Source: Gnetum montanum (lineage: Eukaryota > Plantae > Gnetophyta). Taken from it: a stretch of DNA of 64,000 nucleotides. The notes under the pieces were generated by a model. That model was not told where the DNA came from. It saw only the letters and a program-made list of their open reading frames with translations, and made no database searches. Location of the stretch: positions 4,576 to 68,575 of the forward strand of contig MNCI01002059.1 in assembly GCA_015680685.1 (NCBI GenBank), given 5' to 3'. Each line of letters begins with the position of its first letter. Position 1 is the stretch's first letter. The position numbers and the translations under genes are program-made. Below are positions 12,012 through 26,918 of this stretch, one piece after another.

Positions 12012-15000
12012 TATTGTCATCATCATCATCCTAGTCTTGTTTTAACAATATAGGGTTGACTACATAAGTTTTTTTCATCATTTTCCTCTATGAAAAACTA
12101 TATCTTTATTTATTTTTAGTTTCTTCAAATCATATTCAATTTTTTTTTCTAACATGCTCTTTAATCTTTCTTTTAGTGGATTTCCTAGAACAGTGATGTA
12201 GTGACCTTTGTTTATATGCTCATTGTCTAATCTTCTTTGCATACGTCTAAACCATCTAAGTTGTAAATTTTGTATCTTATTTGAAATGGAAACCACATCA
12301 AGCCTTTTTCNTATGTTGCTAATTTTGTATCTTATTTGAAATGGAAATCACATCAAGCCTTTTTCTAACATTTGTATTATGGAGTTTATTTCTTCTAGTA
12401 GCATATAATATTCATTAAAGCATTCACAGTTCTACCATAGTAATTTATTATTCATGTTTCTTTTGTATTGTTCAAAATTCAACATCATATAAGATAGTAT
12501 GTCTGATTGTTATCTTATAAAAGTTTTTCTTAGATCTTATTGAAGTACTTTTATCACATAGAACACCACTAGCCTATCTCTAATTTAATCATTTTCCTCA
12601 ATTCTATTTCTTATATCTTTATCAATTTCATCATTTAAGTGGAGGATTGATCCTAAGTACTAGAACTATGTGCAATGAGGGACCTTTTGGCCTTGAATTA
12701 TTACTTCTATCTCACCACTATTTATACTATTATTAAAATTTCATTTCATATATTTTGTCTTGCTTCTAGTTTTAAAGCCTTTTGATTCTAGATCATGTTC
12801 TACTTCTTCATTTTAGAAGTAGTATTTTCTTGAGTTGTATCCACCAACATAATATCATCTACAAATAGCATACACCAAGGGACTTCATATTTTTTTCTTC
12901 ATTAATTTAATCATAATAATGAAAAATAAGTATGGACTAAATGTAGAGCCTTGATGTAGACATAGTATGATTGGAAAATAAGATAGCATTCCATAAGTTA
13001 TTCTAATTTTAGTGGTAACTCCTTCATAAATGTCTTGAATCACTTTAATATACTTATTAGGGAGGTGTTTTCTCTTTAAGATATGCTAAATAATATCTTT
13101 AGATACTCTATTATATGCATTCTCCAAGTCAATTAAGATCATATGTATATTTTTCCTACATTTTCTGAATTTCTCCATAAATTACTGTATCAAGAAAATA
13201 GTCTCTATAGTAGATCTCCCTAGCATAAATTTAAATATGTTTTCTAATATTATTTAATTAAGTTTAAGATGATACTTTATAAGTCTATCCCAAAGCTTTA
13301 TAGTATGGTTCATTAGCTTTATTCCTCTATAGTTCACACAATTTTATATGTCTTCTTTATTTTTCTAGATAGGAACAACAAAGCTTTTTCTTTAATTATT
13401 AGATATTTTCCATCCTTCAATTTTTTTTTTAAATAAATTTGTTTACCAAGAAACTTCTATATCTTCCAATTCTTTTCAAGCTTCTATAGGAATGTTATTT
13501 CATCCAATAACATTTCCATTTTTCATCTTTAAGAAGGCTATCTTCACCTTAAATAAGGAAAGTTTATTAACCAAATTATAATTTCTTCTTCTTATTGGAT
13601 TCCTTCTCTTGGAAATCTTTCATTTAATACTTCTTGAAAATAATTTTTGTATCTATCCAAAATTTCATTGTCTTTTACAAAAATTCTTTCATCTAGTTCT
13701 TTGATATATTTAGCATGATCAATATTTTTACATTTCATATTTCTAAATTTTACAAATTTATAAATATGTTTTTCTCCTTTCTTTGTTTATAATTTCTCAT
13801 AAAAGATATTCAAGGTCTTATGTTTGACTTTGACTACTGCTACGATTTCCTCCTATTTTCTATTTTGTATGTTAACCTATTTTTTTTAGCTACTACTTTG
13901 TTATCATTCCTAAAAGCATTATTTCTTATTTTGAATAGAATCTTACACTTTATTACTTCACAACCATATCTCCTTTGGGATGTATTTTTTTCCTTTTGTT
14001 CCATCTAAAATGTTCTTTCCAATTTTCTAAATGCAGCTTTTCATTTAACCCCAAATTAAATTTACAAAGTAATCCCAATTTTAGGTGCATTTGTGAAGTA
14101 GTTGTTCCTTGGATAATATGATGTTATTATATTTCCAATTTCATCATTTTATCTATTTAATTTCTTTTATTTTACTACCTTTAAAGCTTTGTATAACTAA
14201 ATTTATGATCATTAGTGAGTGCTAAGTTACACCACACTCTTCAAAATGATCTTGTAATATTTTCACATGGCCAAATCTATTTTTAGGAGTAGGAAATAAT
14301 CAAATTATGTTTTGTCCAAATCACTCTTATATGTAATTAAATGTTTTTTCCTATTCTTAAATTAAGTATTTGTAATTACAAGATCATTAACACTTTCAAA
14401 TAGCAATAATAAATCTCCCATATCATTGTACTATTTAAATTAACATCTTTCATGAATGATGTTATATCTCATTTTCATAGATCCAACATGATCATTAAAA
14501 TACCCTCCAGTAAATATGCTTTCTTGTTAGGGAATTTCTTGAAGCATCTAGTCCATAAAATCATAAGAATCATGCTTGATAAAATTTTCTAGCCAATTTT
14601 TGAAGCATATATGTTGATGATATGGATTCTCTTATTTCTAAGCACAAGTTTAATGCCCATACTTTGATCATAATGGTGATATAGTTGCATTACTTTATCT
14701 TTGATAGATTGATCAATGATTATACCTACTTCTTTTTCGTAATTTTCTTTTCTTGAGTAGAAGAGTTTGTAATCATATCCTAATTCTTTAGTTCTCTTCC
14801 CATTGCATCATGTTTCTTGAAGGTAGGCAATGTTGAATCTTTGTTTATTCATGGCATTGGTAATTTCAAAGGCCTTTTTATTGAAAATGCTAATGTCCCA
14901 AGTTGTCATCTAAAATTTCTATCACTAGAATTACTTCTTTATCCATATTCATCCCTAATGTGGGAACCCTTATATACTTTTCATAATGTTTGGGAGATGA

Positions 15001-15214
15001 TGTTGTGTATCATTTTTTAAGGATGCCTTAGCAAGCCATTGCACATTTTTATGGCAATTGGGCCTTATGAATACTAGACATTGCATATGGAGAATGCCCT
15101 AGCATCTATAAAATTTTAAAAAACATTCATTCATGAAATTTTATAAGGTTTTATAGTTGGTTATGAACCTAATGCTAACCCTTCTCTTTTCATATAGGAT
15201 TGGGACTAATGTTA
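12012..15214 (-). mobile_element. RTE-clade LINE, near full length, degenerate
   Basis: APE start (IACLQET..) at ~14800, RT motif PWCMLFVDDIMLVD at 12841-12880, (GAT)n tail at ~12015-12030, and a degenerate ~24-bp TSD at 11988-12011 / 15215-15238. Confidence 0.9.
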
Positions 15215-16150
15215 GCAAATTTTATGCAATTGGATCATGATTAGTAAATTTTTACATTGTTTACTATGACATGGCTATGACCTGGCCGTGGCCTTACCAT
15301 GACTATTTGAATCTATATAAATACAAAAAAACCCTTAAATACATTCAAATCGCAACTTTTTACCTTTATAAAGCCTTAGTGTAATCTAAGTATGACTTGG
15401 ACATGGCTCACTTCTACAAAAATTTAACAAAAATAAGTATCCTAGTAATCAAATTGTGATTACAAAAAATAACTACATCATGTTCAATAATAAACTAGCA
15501 TCCCTAAGAAGTAACAATAAATACTTGTAGTTTTCCTAAAGCCCTCTAAGATCTAGTAAATCATATTCATACAAAATCAATATTGAATCATGGAAATCTT
15601 TGGCAATAGAATATCAAATCTTCATGGAAATATCCACCAAAACTTCAAAACGTGCAATCAAATGTATTTGCTCTAGTAATTGAGTCTCACAAGCATGCGT
15701 ACAAATAAAAAATGGTAAAAATAAGAAATTGATAAACACTACTCATAGAAACCTAAAGGATCATCAAAATCTAAAATCTTGAGAAAAAGCATCAAAATGA
15801 TATAGATGAAATCCAAGATTCACTAGAACTTGAATTGAGACTCTTGAACTATAACCTACTCAAAACCAACTCCCCAATGTCCAGAAAATAATGAAAATCC
15901 ATAAAAATTCCAATGAGAGTGAAAAAAATGAAAGAATCTATTAAAAACTAGAGAAGCATGATAATGCTCAACAAGAAGAAAAAGGAATTATGTTTACATG
16001 ATTTATATATAATTATATTAACTTTTATTTTAGTTTTGATTTTTAGAAGTTTCCATAAAATTGTTTTGTTCAACTAATGCTGAGAGATCCACACTCATAT
16101 TCACATATAGAGCATCCAAATAAAATCTTAATTAAACCTATAAAGTTAAT

Positions 16151-16722
16151 TGTCACATCCCTATTCCCAAATGATGTTGTTGCCTAATGAATGGTGTCTC
16201 TTCATAACAAGTGTTATTGTCATCTTAACAAGACCTAAAAGGGTAGTTGTAATTTAGATTCGAAAGGGCATGTTGTAATAACAGATGTGTCTCTTGAGGT
16301 AACCTTTGGGGGTTTGACCGAAGGAATTTATACCTAGGGTTAGAGGTCATGTTAGGCATGGAGTGGCGGAGCCAATACATGCAAGTCATGGAAGCCAGGT
16401 GAAGCAAGATAGGAAGTGGACTGGCGATCCCTTCTGGTCAGGTTATAGGCCTAACTATGGTGGCAGTGCTGGATTGCCTCTAAGGGATAGGAGCCAAAGG
16501 AAGAAAACCCCAGGGAACACTCTCTGAGCATGATTTGAATACACTATTCCATATCAATAAAGCATTTTTTCTTTCTATTTATGCATTTTTTCTATGATTT
16601 CCTTTATACATAATGTCAAATATCACATATATTTTGCATTTGGCATATTTTCTTCGTACATATAATGTCTAATATATTGTAGATTTGACATTTGCCATGA
16701 CATTTGGGGATGGGATGTTACA
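16151..16722 (+). repeat. Solo LTR (572 bp)
   Basis: TGTCACATCCC..GGGATGTTACA with ~23-bp imperfect terminal inverted repeat; AATAAA at ~16556; interrupts the chromovirus LTR. No clear TSD. Confidence 0.7.
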
Positions 16723-17139
16723 ATGCCATAAACACAACACAACCTTAATATTAATTCATTGTAACATGATTTTCCAAAAAATGATAACTTTCTAATGTAC
16801 ATAATATCATAACACAATCTACAAAAAACCACTAGTATCATAGTCATATATGCATAACATGGTATCACATGAATTGAGATCATAGGTATTGATGCTCATT
16901 CTTCCCCCACTATTCTAGTACCCTACTAGTTACAAATATCACACTATACATTTAGTAAGATCAATGTGCATAATCATGGTAAGTCAGAATCATAATCTCA
17001 ATATTATAGGGTCTTAAAAAATATCATTAAATAATCATAACTAGCTATACACCCCTCATAAACCCAAACATATCTAAGCACATGCATAAGAAACATAACA
17101 TAATATCATGGAGCCCTATGATAAGGAGTTACACTCTTT

Positions 17140-20100
17140 ACACTCAAGAATATTGCTCTTAGAAGATCTCTAGATACTCAACTTGCATATCTAACTCTAC
17201 CTTTCATGTTATCTTATGAGAATCACATCTATTCCACAACATCTTCATCATATTTACTTTCTTGCTATGAAGTTGTTAAACTATCCTATTAATTATCTAA
17301 ACTAATCCCTCTACATAAGTAATATTGGACTATAGTTATAGCACTACCCAATCTATGACATGTGTCTTATCTAATACATATCTCCTTAACATAGACACAT
17401 GGAAAACACCATGTATCCCTACTAGTTATGGTGGCAATGCCAATCTATAAGCCATCCTGCCAAATATCTCCAATATCATAATTTTTCCTGCCAAAGTTGC
17501 ATATTTTTCCTTTCATCCAAATTGCTTTAGGTCCTTCAAGGATGACACACATTAAATGACATCAAATGCCTACTTGTCCTATGATACTCTTAGCTAATCT
17601 TATATAATTTAAACCTACTTTGTATTCTGCAACATCAAATTTGTTTTTTCATAAGGTCTATCATCAATAGTATTCCAACACAACAAAGTTATGCATAGTT
17701 AGCCCTATAACACCTCATATAGAGATACACACATAGTGTTCTTATAAGTATTATTATAAGTAAACTTTACAAGGGGAAACATCTAATCTCAACTATCTTT
17801 TTATTGGAGGATAGATGCATATAACATATTTTTTGAGTTTTGATTTACTCACATTGTCTACTTATTGGTCTTACATTAAATGCTAAACTTAGGTTTAGTT
17901 ATGTGTCCATAACCCTCTAAAATTATTTCTAAAAATGGGATATAAATATTACATTTCAATTACTAATAATCTTCCATGGAACACCATGTAACCAAACAAT
18001 CTCTATGATGTATAATGTATAACTAGGTTATCTTCCCTATGTTCACTATAGCTCTAGTAGAAAGGAAGTAAATAGACTTTGTAAACAACTCTACAATCAC
18101 ATATATAACATCATGCCCTCTTTGAGTGTGATGTAACTCAATAATAAAATTCATCCTAATAGTCTCTCATTTCCACAATAGAATATCAAGGGAGTGTAAT
18201 GATCCACTAGCTCTTTGATGCTATATGTTCATTTGCTGGCATACTAGGAAGTCAATAAAATAGTTACCAACATCTCACTTAATACCAAGCCACAAATAGC
18301 TATGTTAGAAGCTCTAGTACATCTTGTTACTACTATCATGCATTTGATATTTACTCATGTGTGTCTCATCTAATAGTCAAAAACATAACATAAATGAAAT
18401 ACATATTCATTCATCTCTTCAAAGCACACCTTGATTGTCAATGGTAATGGCTCCATCTAGAGTAACCTATTTCGCCAACTCTATACTCCAAGAATCATAA
18501 TACCAAAAATTCCATAAATTATCATAAAAATTTAACTAAATGATCAAAGTACTTAGTTTATTAATGACTTTAAATAGTGCATTCATTGCTTGGTTAGTCC
18601 TACTAGGCCTTTATTAGATGGTGAAATTGAAATTTGCAATGAGCTCTATGTATCTTCTTTTCCATAGGCTCAACTATAGTCACATGCTTTTCTTTGAGAT
18701 AATATCATAAAAGTTTTAGAGAAAAGAATAAAGCTTCCAACTTTAGATCATGAATAGGATAGTAGATCTTATGTACCCTCAACTAATAATAAGAATAGAT
18801 TAAAACTTGTTCATCCTACATTTGGATACATCTAAATTCATCAATAGAACCATTTGTGCATACATCATATGGATGTCAAGATGTAGGAGATATTAATATT
18901 GAAGTATAAAGCAACCTATGCTTTAGCTCATCAAATGTTATTTGGCAAGATGAGCTCTAAGAAGAACTCATCTCCTTCCTTAGCAACAAAATTAAAGAAG
19001 AATTTATGTGAGAGAAATGCTTCGTAAACTTTTGATAATACCTAGCTATCCCAAAAAACTATGAACCACTACTACTATTTGAGAAAATGACCAATCATGG
19101 AGTACTAGTCTTTGCTAAATCTATTGCACAATGAGTCCCTAATGTCATACAATCTAAAAACTAGATCTCAAACTACCAAGAAAAAAACATTTGGATATGT
19201 AAGCATACAACTAATACTTTTGCAAGATCTATAATACCATCCATAAGTGCTCTACATGTTTCTCCTTAGTTAGGGAATATGCCAATATATTATTTATGAA
19301 TATAATTATAAATTGATCTAGAAATAATCATAATACATTTTCATCAAATTCATGAATATTATTAGTGCATTCATTAGCCCAAACAAAAACACCAAGAACT
19401 CATAGTGATTATGTCAAGTTCTAAATGTTTTCTTTGATACATTTCTCTCTAAAGCTTACCTAACGATAGCCAGACATCAATCTTCAAGAACATATAAACT
19501 TCTTAAACTTAATCAAACAAAGTTATTAATACATGATAGAGGATATTTATTCTTCATAGTTACCTTTTTATGCTTCTTATAATCAATGCATAATGAGAAT
19601 CTTCCATAATTATTTTTCATGAACCATAGTAGAGCACTCCAAGAAGAAACATTAGGATGAATTAGACCCCTATATATTAACTTATGTAATTGGATCTTTA
19701 GCTTTACTAACTTCACTAGAGACATCTTGTGAGAAGCATTTGAGATAGAATCTATACGTGACTATAATCCTATTTCAAACTATATCTATTGTCTAGGGAA
19801 AAAATAGGAAATTTGATATCAAATACATCTTGGAATTCTTGCACTATATAAATCTAACCTAGCTTCATTATCTCTAAACAATATACTAATTTCATGTAGA
19901 AACTATGCCCATTTTGAAGCATCTTCCAAAATACTCAAGAAGATACAAAATTTAAATAGGCTAATCTAGAATGAGTTTGAATCTCTACTTGCTTATCCTT
20001 TAGTGTTTGTAGCCTCAAAAGAATTTTCTGGTAGTCTATATTAGCACTAAACTATGATAACTAATCCATATCCAAGATAACATCATACTCATCAAGATCC

Positions 20101-21500
20101 ATCACATATAAATCAGTATCTTACTATCTCTTTTGCAAAATCATAGATACATCTCTACAAACTTGATCTACTCTAGCCTCATGATCCTAAGTACAACGTG
20201 GAAGAGGTAGCTAGGCTATAATGTTAGGATCTAAAAATAAATGACTATCTCTAGAATAAAATAAAACTAACATAGGAAGGTCTAACACTATAATTTTTTT
20301 CTTCATAATAGTGTTGGACTACACATTCAATAGTTGATCTATCAAAACATACACCTAAGCTTGTGCTCTATATCTTGATCCACTTACTTAACTAGTGGAA
20401 GCTTCACATCCACTCATTGATGGATATATCTATTCATAACCTATAAATTCTTTGTCTCATATTGTCTACCTTGAGCACTCCCTAGCCTGATCTCTTGACT
20501 ATCTATAAGAGTAATATTTTGGATAGTTTCATTGATCATGCCTTGACAGTCCACATTTGTAACATACAAAAGGATCATCATATTTAATGAGAGGAATAAC
20601 ATCACTAGTTATGGGTTATGGCCTATCACCATCATGTCCACCACCATCCTATCCTTATCATGCTTGATTGAAGTAACTAACTCTCACTGTAGGTTATGAT
20701 CCTCTCTTCTACTCTTACTTTCATCCATTTCAAGCTACATTCTCAATCAAACTCCTTTTTGAACCCATGGTTACTACATGAGTATCATATAGAAAGTAAG
20801 AAGGACAAGTAGGTTATAATGTAATTATTTTGATAAAGTTCTCTCTACATGAGCATCATCATAGGAAGTTCATGCTTGGACAAAGATCTTTGATGAATCT
20901 ATTCATCCTATCCTGAGCATCCATTAGCCAGTCACATAGTCACTAAGCTTCATAAATTTAACATCATACTTTACCATATAGCTTGTAGAACTTATTCTTC
21001 TTAGCCTAGGCATAATGAATAGAAACATATTAGACACTAAACGAGGTTGAGAAATCATATCAAGGAAAATCTTGCGTAGTCCATCCCTTGGCCTACTCCT
21101 TAATCTTCCACTAATTTGTAGTAGTTGTTGTTAGCTATTAAGCTACTAATTTAATCTATTGTGTTGAGGTACATTTCATTAGGTCAAATGAATTTCTTAG
21201 TTCCTCTAGATACTCTATTAACATAGTAGAATTTTTTATGCTAGGAAATGTAGGAGGTTCCTACTTGGGAAACTAGTTCACCATCTCTTTACTAATAGGC
21301 TACCTAGCTAGTTCTTTGTCATTAGCACTAGTAACATTACTACCTCTATCACTATTAACCTCTTTAACTATCTAACCATCTACACGACTACCAAGAATGT
21401 GAAGTAGCATTTTTTCCTACTATATACTGTTAAAGTAACTAAATGATCTATCTAACAATATTGATTTTTATTTTGCTAGATCCTACATCCACTACCTAGG
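17140..21500 (-). pseudogene. Chromovirus gag-pol polyprotein
   Basis: Zn knuckle CYKCG..H (~20545); RT LCIDY..VTMKNKYPL (19513-19725) and degenerate FIDDILIYS (~19290); INT tail YRLALPP..HGVFHVSMLRRY (~17420); chromodomain remnant (~17150-17260). Confidence 0.85.
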
Positions 21501-21595
21501 CTTCAGTAATTGCTAATGCTTGAGCCTATGACCTTCATGATACATGATCCTTATTAATATCAAAACTCCTACCTACACCTAATCCTCAACATCTT

Positions 21596-22481
21596 TGAGG
21601 ATCGTTGAACTTAGAAGGGGTGGGGAAGGGGATGAATAAGTTCCCCAAATTAAAAATTCATTGAGACAAAGCACACACACCAAACTTAACATGGTTCCCC
21701 AACTTGGGTGGTCCACATTTGGAGGGCAATTTGCAAGCACATCGTTGGAATTTGTTGCTCTTAAATATGACTTCAAGGATACCACACCTTATACAAGCTC
21801 TAAGCTCCACTCTAGAGTGATTCAAAACTATGAATCCATTCAACCCTGCAAGGTCTTGACAAGCTTAGTATGTGGTTTCTAGGATCCCATAAACTTTGCA
21901 ATCTTGAGCTTTGCTCTAGAGTGTTGTGGTGTTACACCAATACTCAATTCCGTAGGATCTTGACAAGCTTAAGCAAGATGCCTTCTCGCAAGAAGCACAT
22001 NCGACTATATAATGACCATTGGAGATGTCTTCTTTGAGACTCAAACATCTTTCTGCATTAGACCTTGATTCTAGAAAGACACCTTTTTCAAGACTGAGAT
22101 GTCTTTCTGCATCAAAACTTCGTTATGGAAAGACATCTTCTTCTCATGAAAGACATCTTTCTCTCTAGAATGAGGTTTGCTATTTTTTAGAGATGTCTTC
22201 TCCTAAGCTACCTTTAATTTTGCCAAGATGTTTTTTGTCTCTTGGAGATGTCTTCACTTCATAGAAGATGTTTACTATTTCTACAAGATGTCTTTACTAA
22301 AAAGAATTCTTCAATGCTAAGGCTTCCTTTTGAACTTTAGGATGAGCTTTTAAGTCCAAGATCTTTGAATTCCTAATGGCTTCTTGTCTTAATTCAAGTT
22401 CTTGCCCTACAAACACAACAACCATAAAAACATCCTTGTACTTCATTTTTCTTAATGTTTTGATGTACTAAAAGGTCAAAA
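21596..22481 (-). repeat. 3' LTR of the SIRE-like element
   Basis: Matches 26919-28109; array of AGATGTCT/AGACATCT motifs; N at 22001. Confidence 0.9.
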
Positions 22482-22649
22482 ATATCTCCCTTTTTGGTGA
22501 TGTCCAAAACTGAAGAAAATGGGTGAGATAAAAACCAATAAATATATTAAGACATATAAATTCCTATGATAGCTAGGGACTAGGATAAAGCATTGATGTT
22601 CAAGGTAGTTAGTATGTGGAAAATAATGAAATGATGTAAAAGTAAAAAT

Positions 22650-22980
22650 TAAAAGTACACCACATAGAGGTAACAAAGGAAAACACCATCTATCTATAAC
22701 TCATCCACAAACTATCATATAGCCAACTATTCACATAAACCTACATATTTCAATGATCAAAAGTACACCACATAGTTGTAACAAAGGAGAACACCATTTG
22801 TCTATAACTCATCCACAAACTATCATATAACCAATTATATACATAAATTTGCAACTATCAAAACAACCATCTATCAATCATCACACCAATCACATATGTG
22901 CAAAGTTCCAAAAATCACATATGTAAAAAAGCATCACATCAACCACATATGTGAAAAGTTCCAAAAATCACATATGTGAA
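22650..22980. repeat. Two local direct duplications (~105 bp x2; ~50 bp x2) in the pre-LTR region
   Basis: AAAAGTACACCACATAG..TCATCCACAAACTATCATATA occurs twice; CACATATGTG.AAAGTTCCAAAAATCACATATGT occurs twice. Confidence 0.8.
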
Positions 22981-23035
22981 AAACAAAAACTTCTTCTCAT
23001 TTTTGGATATAAACAAAAATGAGAGAGAAAAACAA

Positions 23036-24667
23036 TCACCTGAGGTCTCTAATCACTGACATTGATCACATCCTTAGATTCTAATCCCTTTGCTACTCTA
23101 GATGGATGATAAGTCTCCTTCTCATCATCATCATTGTAGGTGTTGTGTTAGCTTGATCATTGCTCAACCTCATCAGAGGACTCAACTGCTAGATGGGAGC
23201 TTAATGGGGATGAAGCTTCATTTAAAATCAAGATGAAGTTTGAGGATTTGGCTAAATTGAAGGCTACTAAGTTAGTACCCATTGGGATGTAGTTCTAAAG
23301 ATACTCTCCATAGCCTGCTACTCAAATGAGTTGGAATCATCAATTTATGGAGGAACTATATGGATATGCAATGTAGGACCATGATGCTCAGGTTGCTATA
23401 TAGGAAAATGATGCTCTTCTTGGACATGAGTTAGTGGTGCCTCAAGCTCTAAATTGGACTTCATCCTTGAGTCATAAGCATGTGAATGATAGACTACTAT
23501 AGAATGCCTCAGTGGAATAGGAACATCCTCCTTACTATTAGAAATAGGAGGAGTAGTAACCTCTTCAAACACCTACCCATTTAAAGGAGAAGGAATGCCA
23601 ACTACACCCAAACTCTTATGCAAGTAAGAGTGGTTTCTCTCAAGCATCCCAATGGCTTATGCAAAAGGCCAAAGAAGATTATTTAGTGAAGAATTGATCT
23701 GGGAACTAGTGGATTTTGATATGCCTAGTTGAGGAGATGCTTCCTTCTTCTTCTTTTGCAATTTGGTGCTAGGTCCTAGTTTAGCTACATTTGAAAGACT
23801 CCTCTTCTCAACATATTCGTTAAGGTTCCTCTTGCATTTAAGTAAAGGAATCTTTAGAATAGGTACACCCTTTTGATGGATCAACAAGTTGATGAGGTGG
23901 GGATGCCCAAGGATTCTTTCCTTGGAAAATAGACTTAGCATGTCTTGATAGAGTGTATGCCCCATATCTAATGGCATTCCTTTGAAAAGATAATAAAGCA
24001 CGTAGGCTTGCGGTGACAACAGATAACTCTAACTTCCTTATTTTACCATAAAATTACACAATATGATAAGAGACAATGTGGAATCATCATGAGTCATCAT
24101 GATCCCCTCAAGATGACCTCTATTAATTGAAACATCTTTTCCAAACAACACATTACAAAATTCATCATATCATATGAGCATGATACCATTTGTATAAATA
24201 TCTTGCATGGAATCAATGGTTACCTAAAATACATTGGAACTAGAGATTCCAAGGATTACATTCACAACTTGGGAAGAGACCTCGATGAGAAGACCCCCAA
24301 CGATGAAAGTGAATGCCCCAATAATAGCATTAGTAATAACAATACTAAAATAGAATTCTCTAATTAACACTTCAAGAACTAGAAAATTCATTGCAATATT
24401 TGAGTTCCATTTCAAAGCTTTAAAATAATCCATCAATGTAGTTTGTCTATAGGTAGGGGAAGATAGAGAGTGCTTAGAAATAATGCTTGTAGTTCAAGTT
24501 GCCTTAAACCTATGTTGTTTGCTTGTACTATAGAATTGGGGCATGTAAGACGATGGCATGCTACTGGAAATTCCTCTAGATTTCTTCTTAGGTGATGCCC
24601 TAGATATTTGAATCTTCTTGTGGGTCACCTGTGATAAAATCATTGTTGATAGTGGAGCCCTAGTCAT
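23036..24667 (-). pseudogene. env-like accessory ORF (resembles the putative plant transposon protein / Transposase_32-type domain)
   Basis: ORF pieces LIREFYFSI..FIVGGLLIEVSSQVVNVILG and AYVLYYLFKGMPLDMGHTLYQDM..LGHPHLINLLI; P/S-rich tail. Confidence 0.7.
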
Positions 24668-25049
24668 CTTGTTGGGGTCAAATGAGAGAATACGACAAAG
24701 AAATGAGGGTTTTTACTTTAATAGTGATGAAAAATAAGGGATTTGATTGAAAAAGAAGATGTATTTTATAGAAGAAAGATGTCTTATTCACATTTTAAAA
24801 TAATAGTAGACTTATTTTATACATAGTAGATGTCTTTCTTGCTTTACAAGAAAAATTAGAGAGACATATCTAATCATGAGTAGACATTTTCATGTATATG
24901 TTTTTTATTTAAAGTAGATGTCTTTGCAAAAATAGGATGGAGTTGGGGAAAAGCTACCAATGGACTATAGACCTATTATTCTGTTGAAAGGTAGTGGTAC
25001 TTAGAGAGCTAGAGAAGGAATTTCCTCTTTTGAGGATTCTTTTCTCAAC

Positions 25050-26866
25050 TAAACTTCAATGTCCAAGGGTTGGCTTCCTTTTATATATGTGTTAGTGAGA
25101 GTTTCCTGATTTGCTTGTTCCTATCTTTTAATTCTCCATTTTTTTAGTTCCTTTGTCCTTTTAAGTTGACATTCAATCTCCCCTATAATCCTACGAAAAA
25201 TCCTTTTTTGATGCACTTTAATAAGACCAATAAGTCCTATGATATGACCAACCATTTATATGATAATACTTAAGATTGCAATCCCATTATTTATGCCCTA
25301 ATTTATGACAATAGTAGCACCTAATTTTCCTATGTTAGTATGAATGATTTGGATGATTAAACCTTTTAGGATCATTTTGATGGATAGGAGATTCCCTTGA
25401 TTTTGATGTAGTAGTAATTTCCTTCGAAGAATCATGTGATTGTGATGGGTTTGTTGAAGATGGTTGCTTTTGCATGCAGCATCCCAAAACACTCTTATCA
25501 TGTGGACTTCTTCCTTGTCCCAGTACCATTTGAAGGGATTCCTTTTCCTTTATCAATCTTTCATTTACTAATTTGCCATTTGCAACTTCTACTTTGGCCT
25601 ATTCAAGGACAAGGTTATCTTTTCATTCTTAGTCCTTAGGTCTGAGAGTTTCTTACTAAGATTAGAAACAATTAAATTCGACAAAGATATTTTCTGATCC
25701 TTGGATTTAACTTTTTTATTTAACTTATTGCAAAGATTTTGAAAAGACAAAATCTCATTGCATAAAAGATCAAACCTCTCTTCATCATTAATATCATCAT
25801 CTGATGAATCAACATCATCATTAGTGAGGGCCATGTAGTTGAGATGATAATTTTTCGTATTATTCTCCAATTCTTCCTCACTCTGCTTCCCATCATCCCA
25901 ACTTGTATAGAAGTTGGTTTTCTTTACCTCATCAATGGATCTATTCTTATGCTACAACTTATTATCATTAGGACATTCAAAGGCCATATGGCCTCTTCCT
26001 CCACAAACCCAAGATTCTATAGAAGAGAAATCTAAGTTAGAATTAAAAATTTTTTTACCTCTTTCTTTACCTTTGAAAAAATTGGATCTTTGCTGATATG
26101 TCCCCTTACTTATTCTTGTTATCAATCATTTTAACTTTCTTGAAAGAAGGGCAATCCCATCTTCACTATTCTCATCATGCTCATTGAGCTCCTTCTTAGA
26201 GGAAATCTTTAGAGCAATAGATTTTTCTTAGATGACTCCTTCGCTTATGAGATTCATTTCTTAAGCAATGAGAGCACTTTGAAGCTTTTCAAATTTTAGA
26301 GTTGAAAAATCTCTAATTTCTTCCATGGTTGTGACCTTTGGTTTGAACTCTAGTTGAAGAGTTCTAATCATTTTAATGATGACATCGCTCTCAGGCAGAT
26401 TTTTACCAGTACCTCTAATAGCTACAATAATATCATTTTTTCTAGAGAAGAAATTTTTGATTTTCTCACCTTCTATCATTTTAACCTTATCATATTTACT
26501 TTGCAAAATTAACAATTTAGATTGTTTGGCTATAGAGGTTCCTTCATAAGTAGCTTCTAAAGTTTGCCAAATTTCTTTGGCCATTTTACATCTTTCTACT
26601 CTCTTAAACTCAAATTTATTCAAAGCGCAATATAAACAATTTTTTTCTTTAGAGTCAGACATGGACTTATATTTTTCTTCTTGACTCCATTTTTTGTGGG
26701 GTTTGATGATTCTAGTGGAGTTGCTGATAGGTGGAGTGTAGCCTTTAAGGATGGATGCCCAAACTTCAAACTCTATGGATTCGAAGAATCATTGCATTCT
26801 AGCTTTCCAATAGGAAAATTTCAATCCATCGAATGTGGGTGGATTTGTATAAGATGTACCCTCCAT
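25050..26866 (-). pseudogene. gag: Ty1/copia (SIRE-type) gag
   Basis: MEGTSYTNPPTFDG..YWKARM; UBN2-type core AKEIWQTLEATYEGTS (26261-26662); knuckle CGGRGHMAFECP (~25975-26010). Confidence 0.9.
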
Positions 26867-26918
26867 TATTTACTCTTGAAGTTAATGATGAAGGAGAGTA
26901 CTAGGCTCTGATACCACT

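Noticed and set aside
12265-12365. ~45-bp direct duplication in the LINE
   Set aside because: It flanks an N at 12312, so it is most likely a contig-overlap artefact.
16151-16722. MITE/DNA transposon interpretation
   Set aside because: TG..CA ends with an internal TATA-like sequence and AATAAA fit a solo LTR better, and there is no diagnostic TSD.
21990-22010. ~260-bp 'deletion' in the SIRE 3' LTR
   Set aside because: The breakpoint coincides with an N at 22001, so it is probably a collapsed gap.
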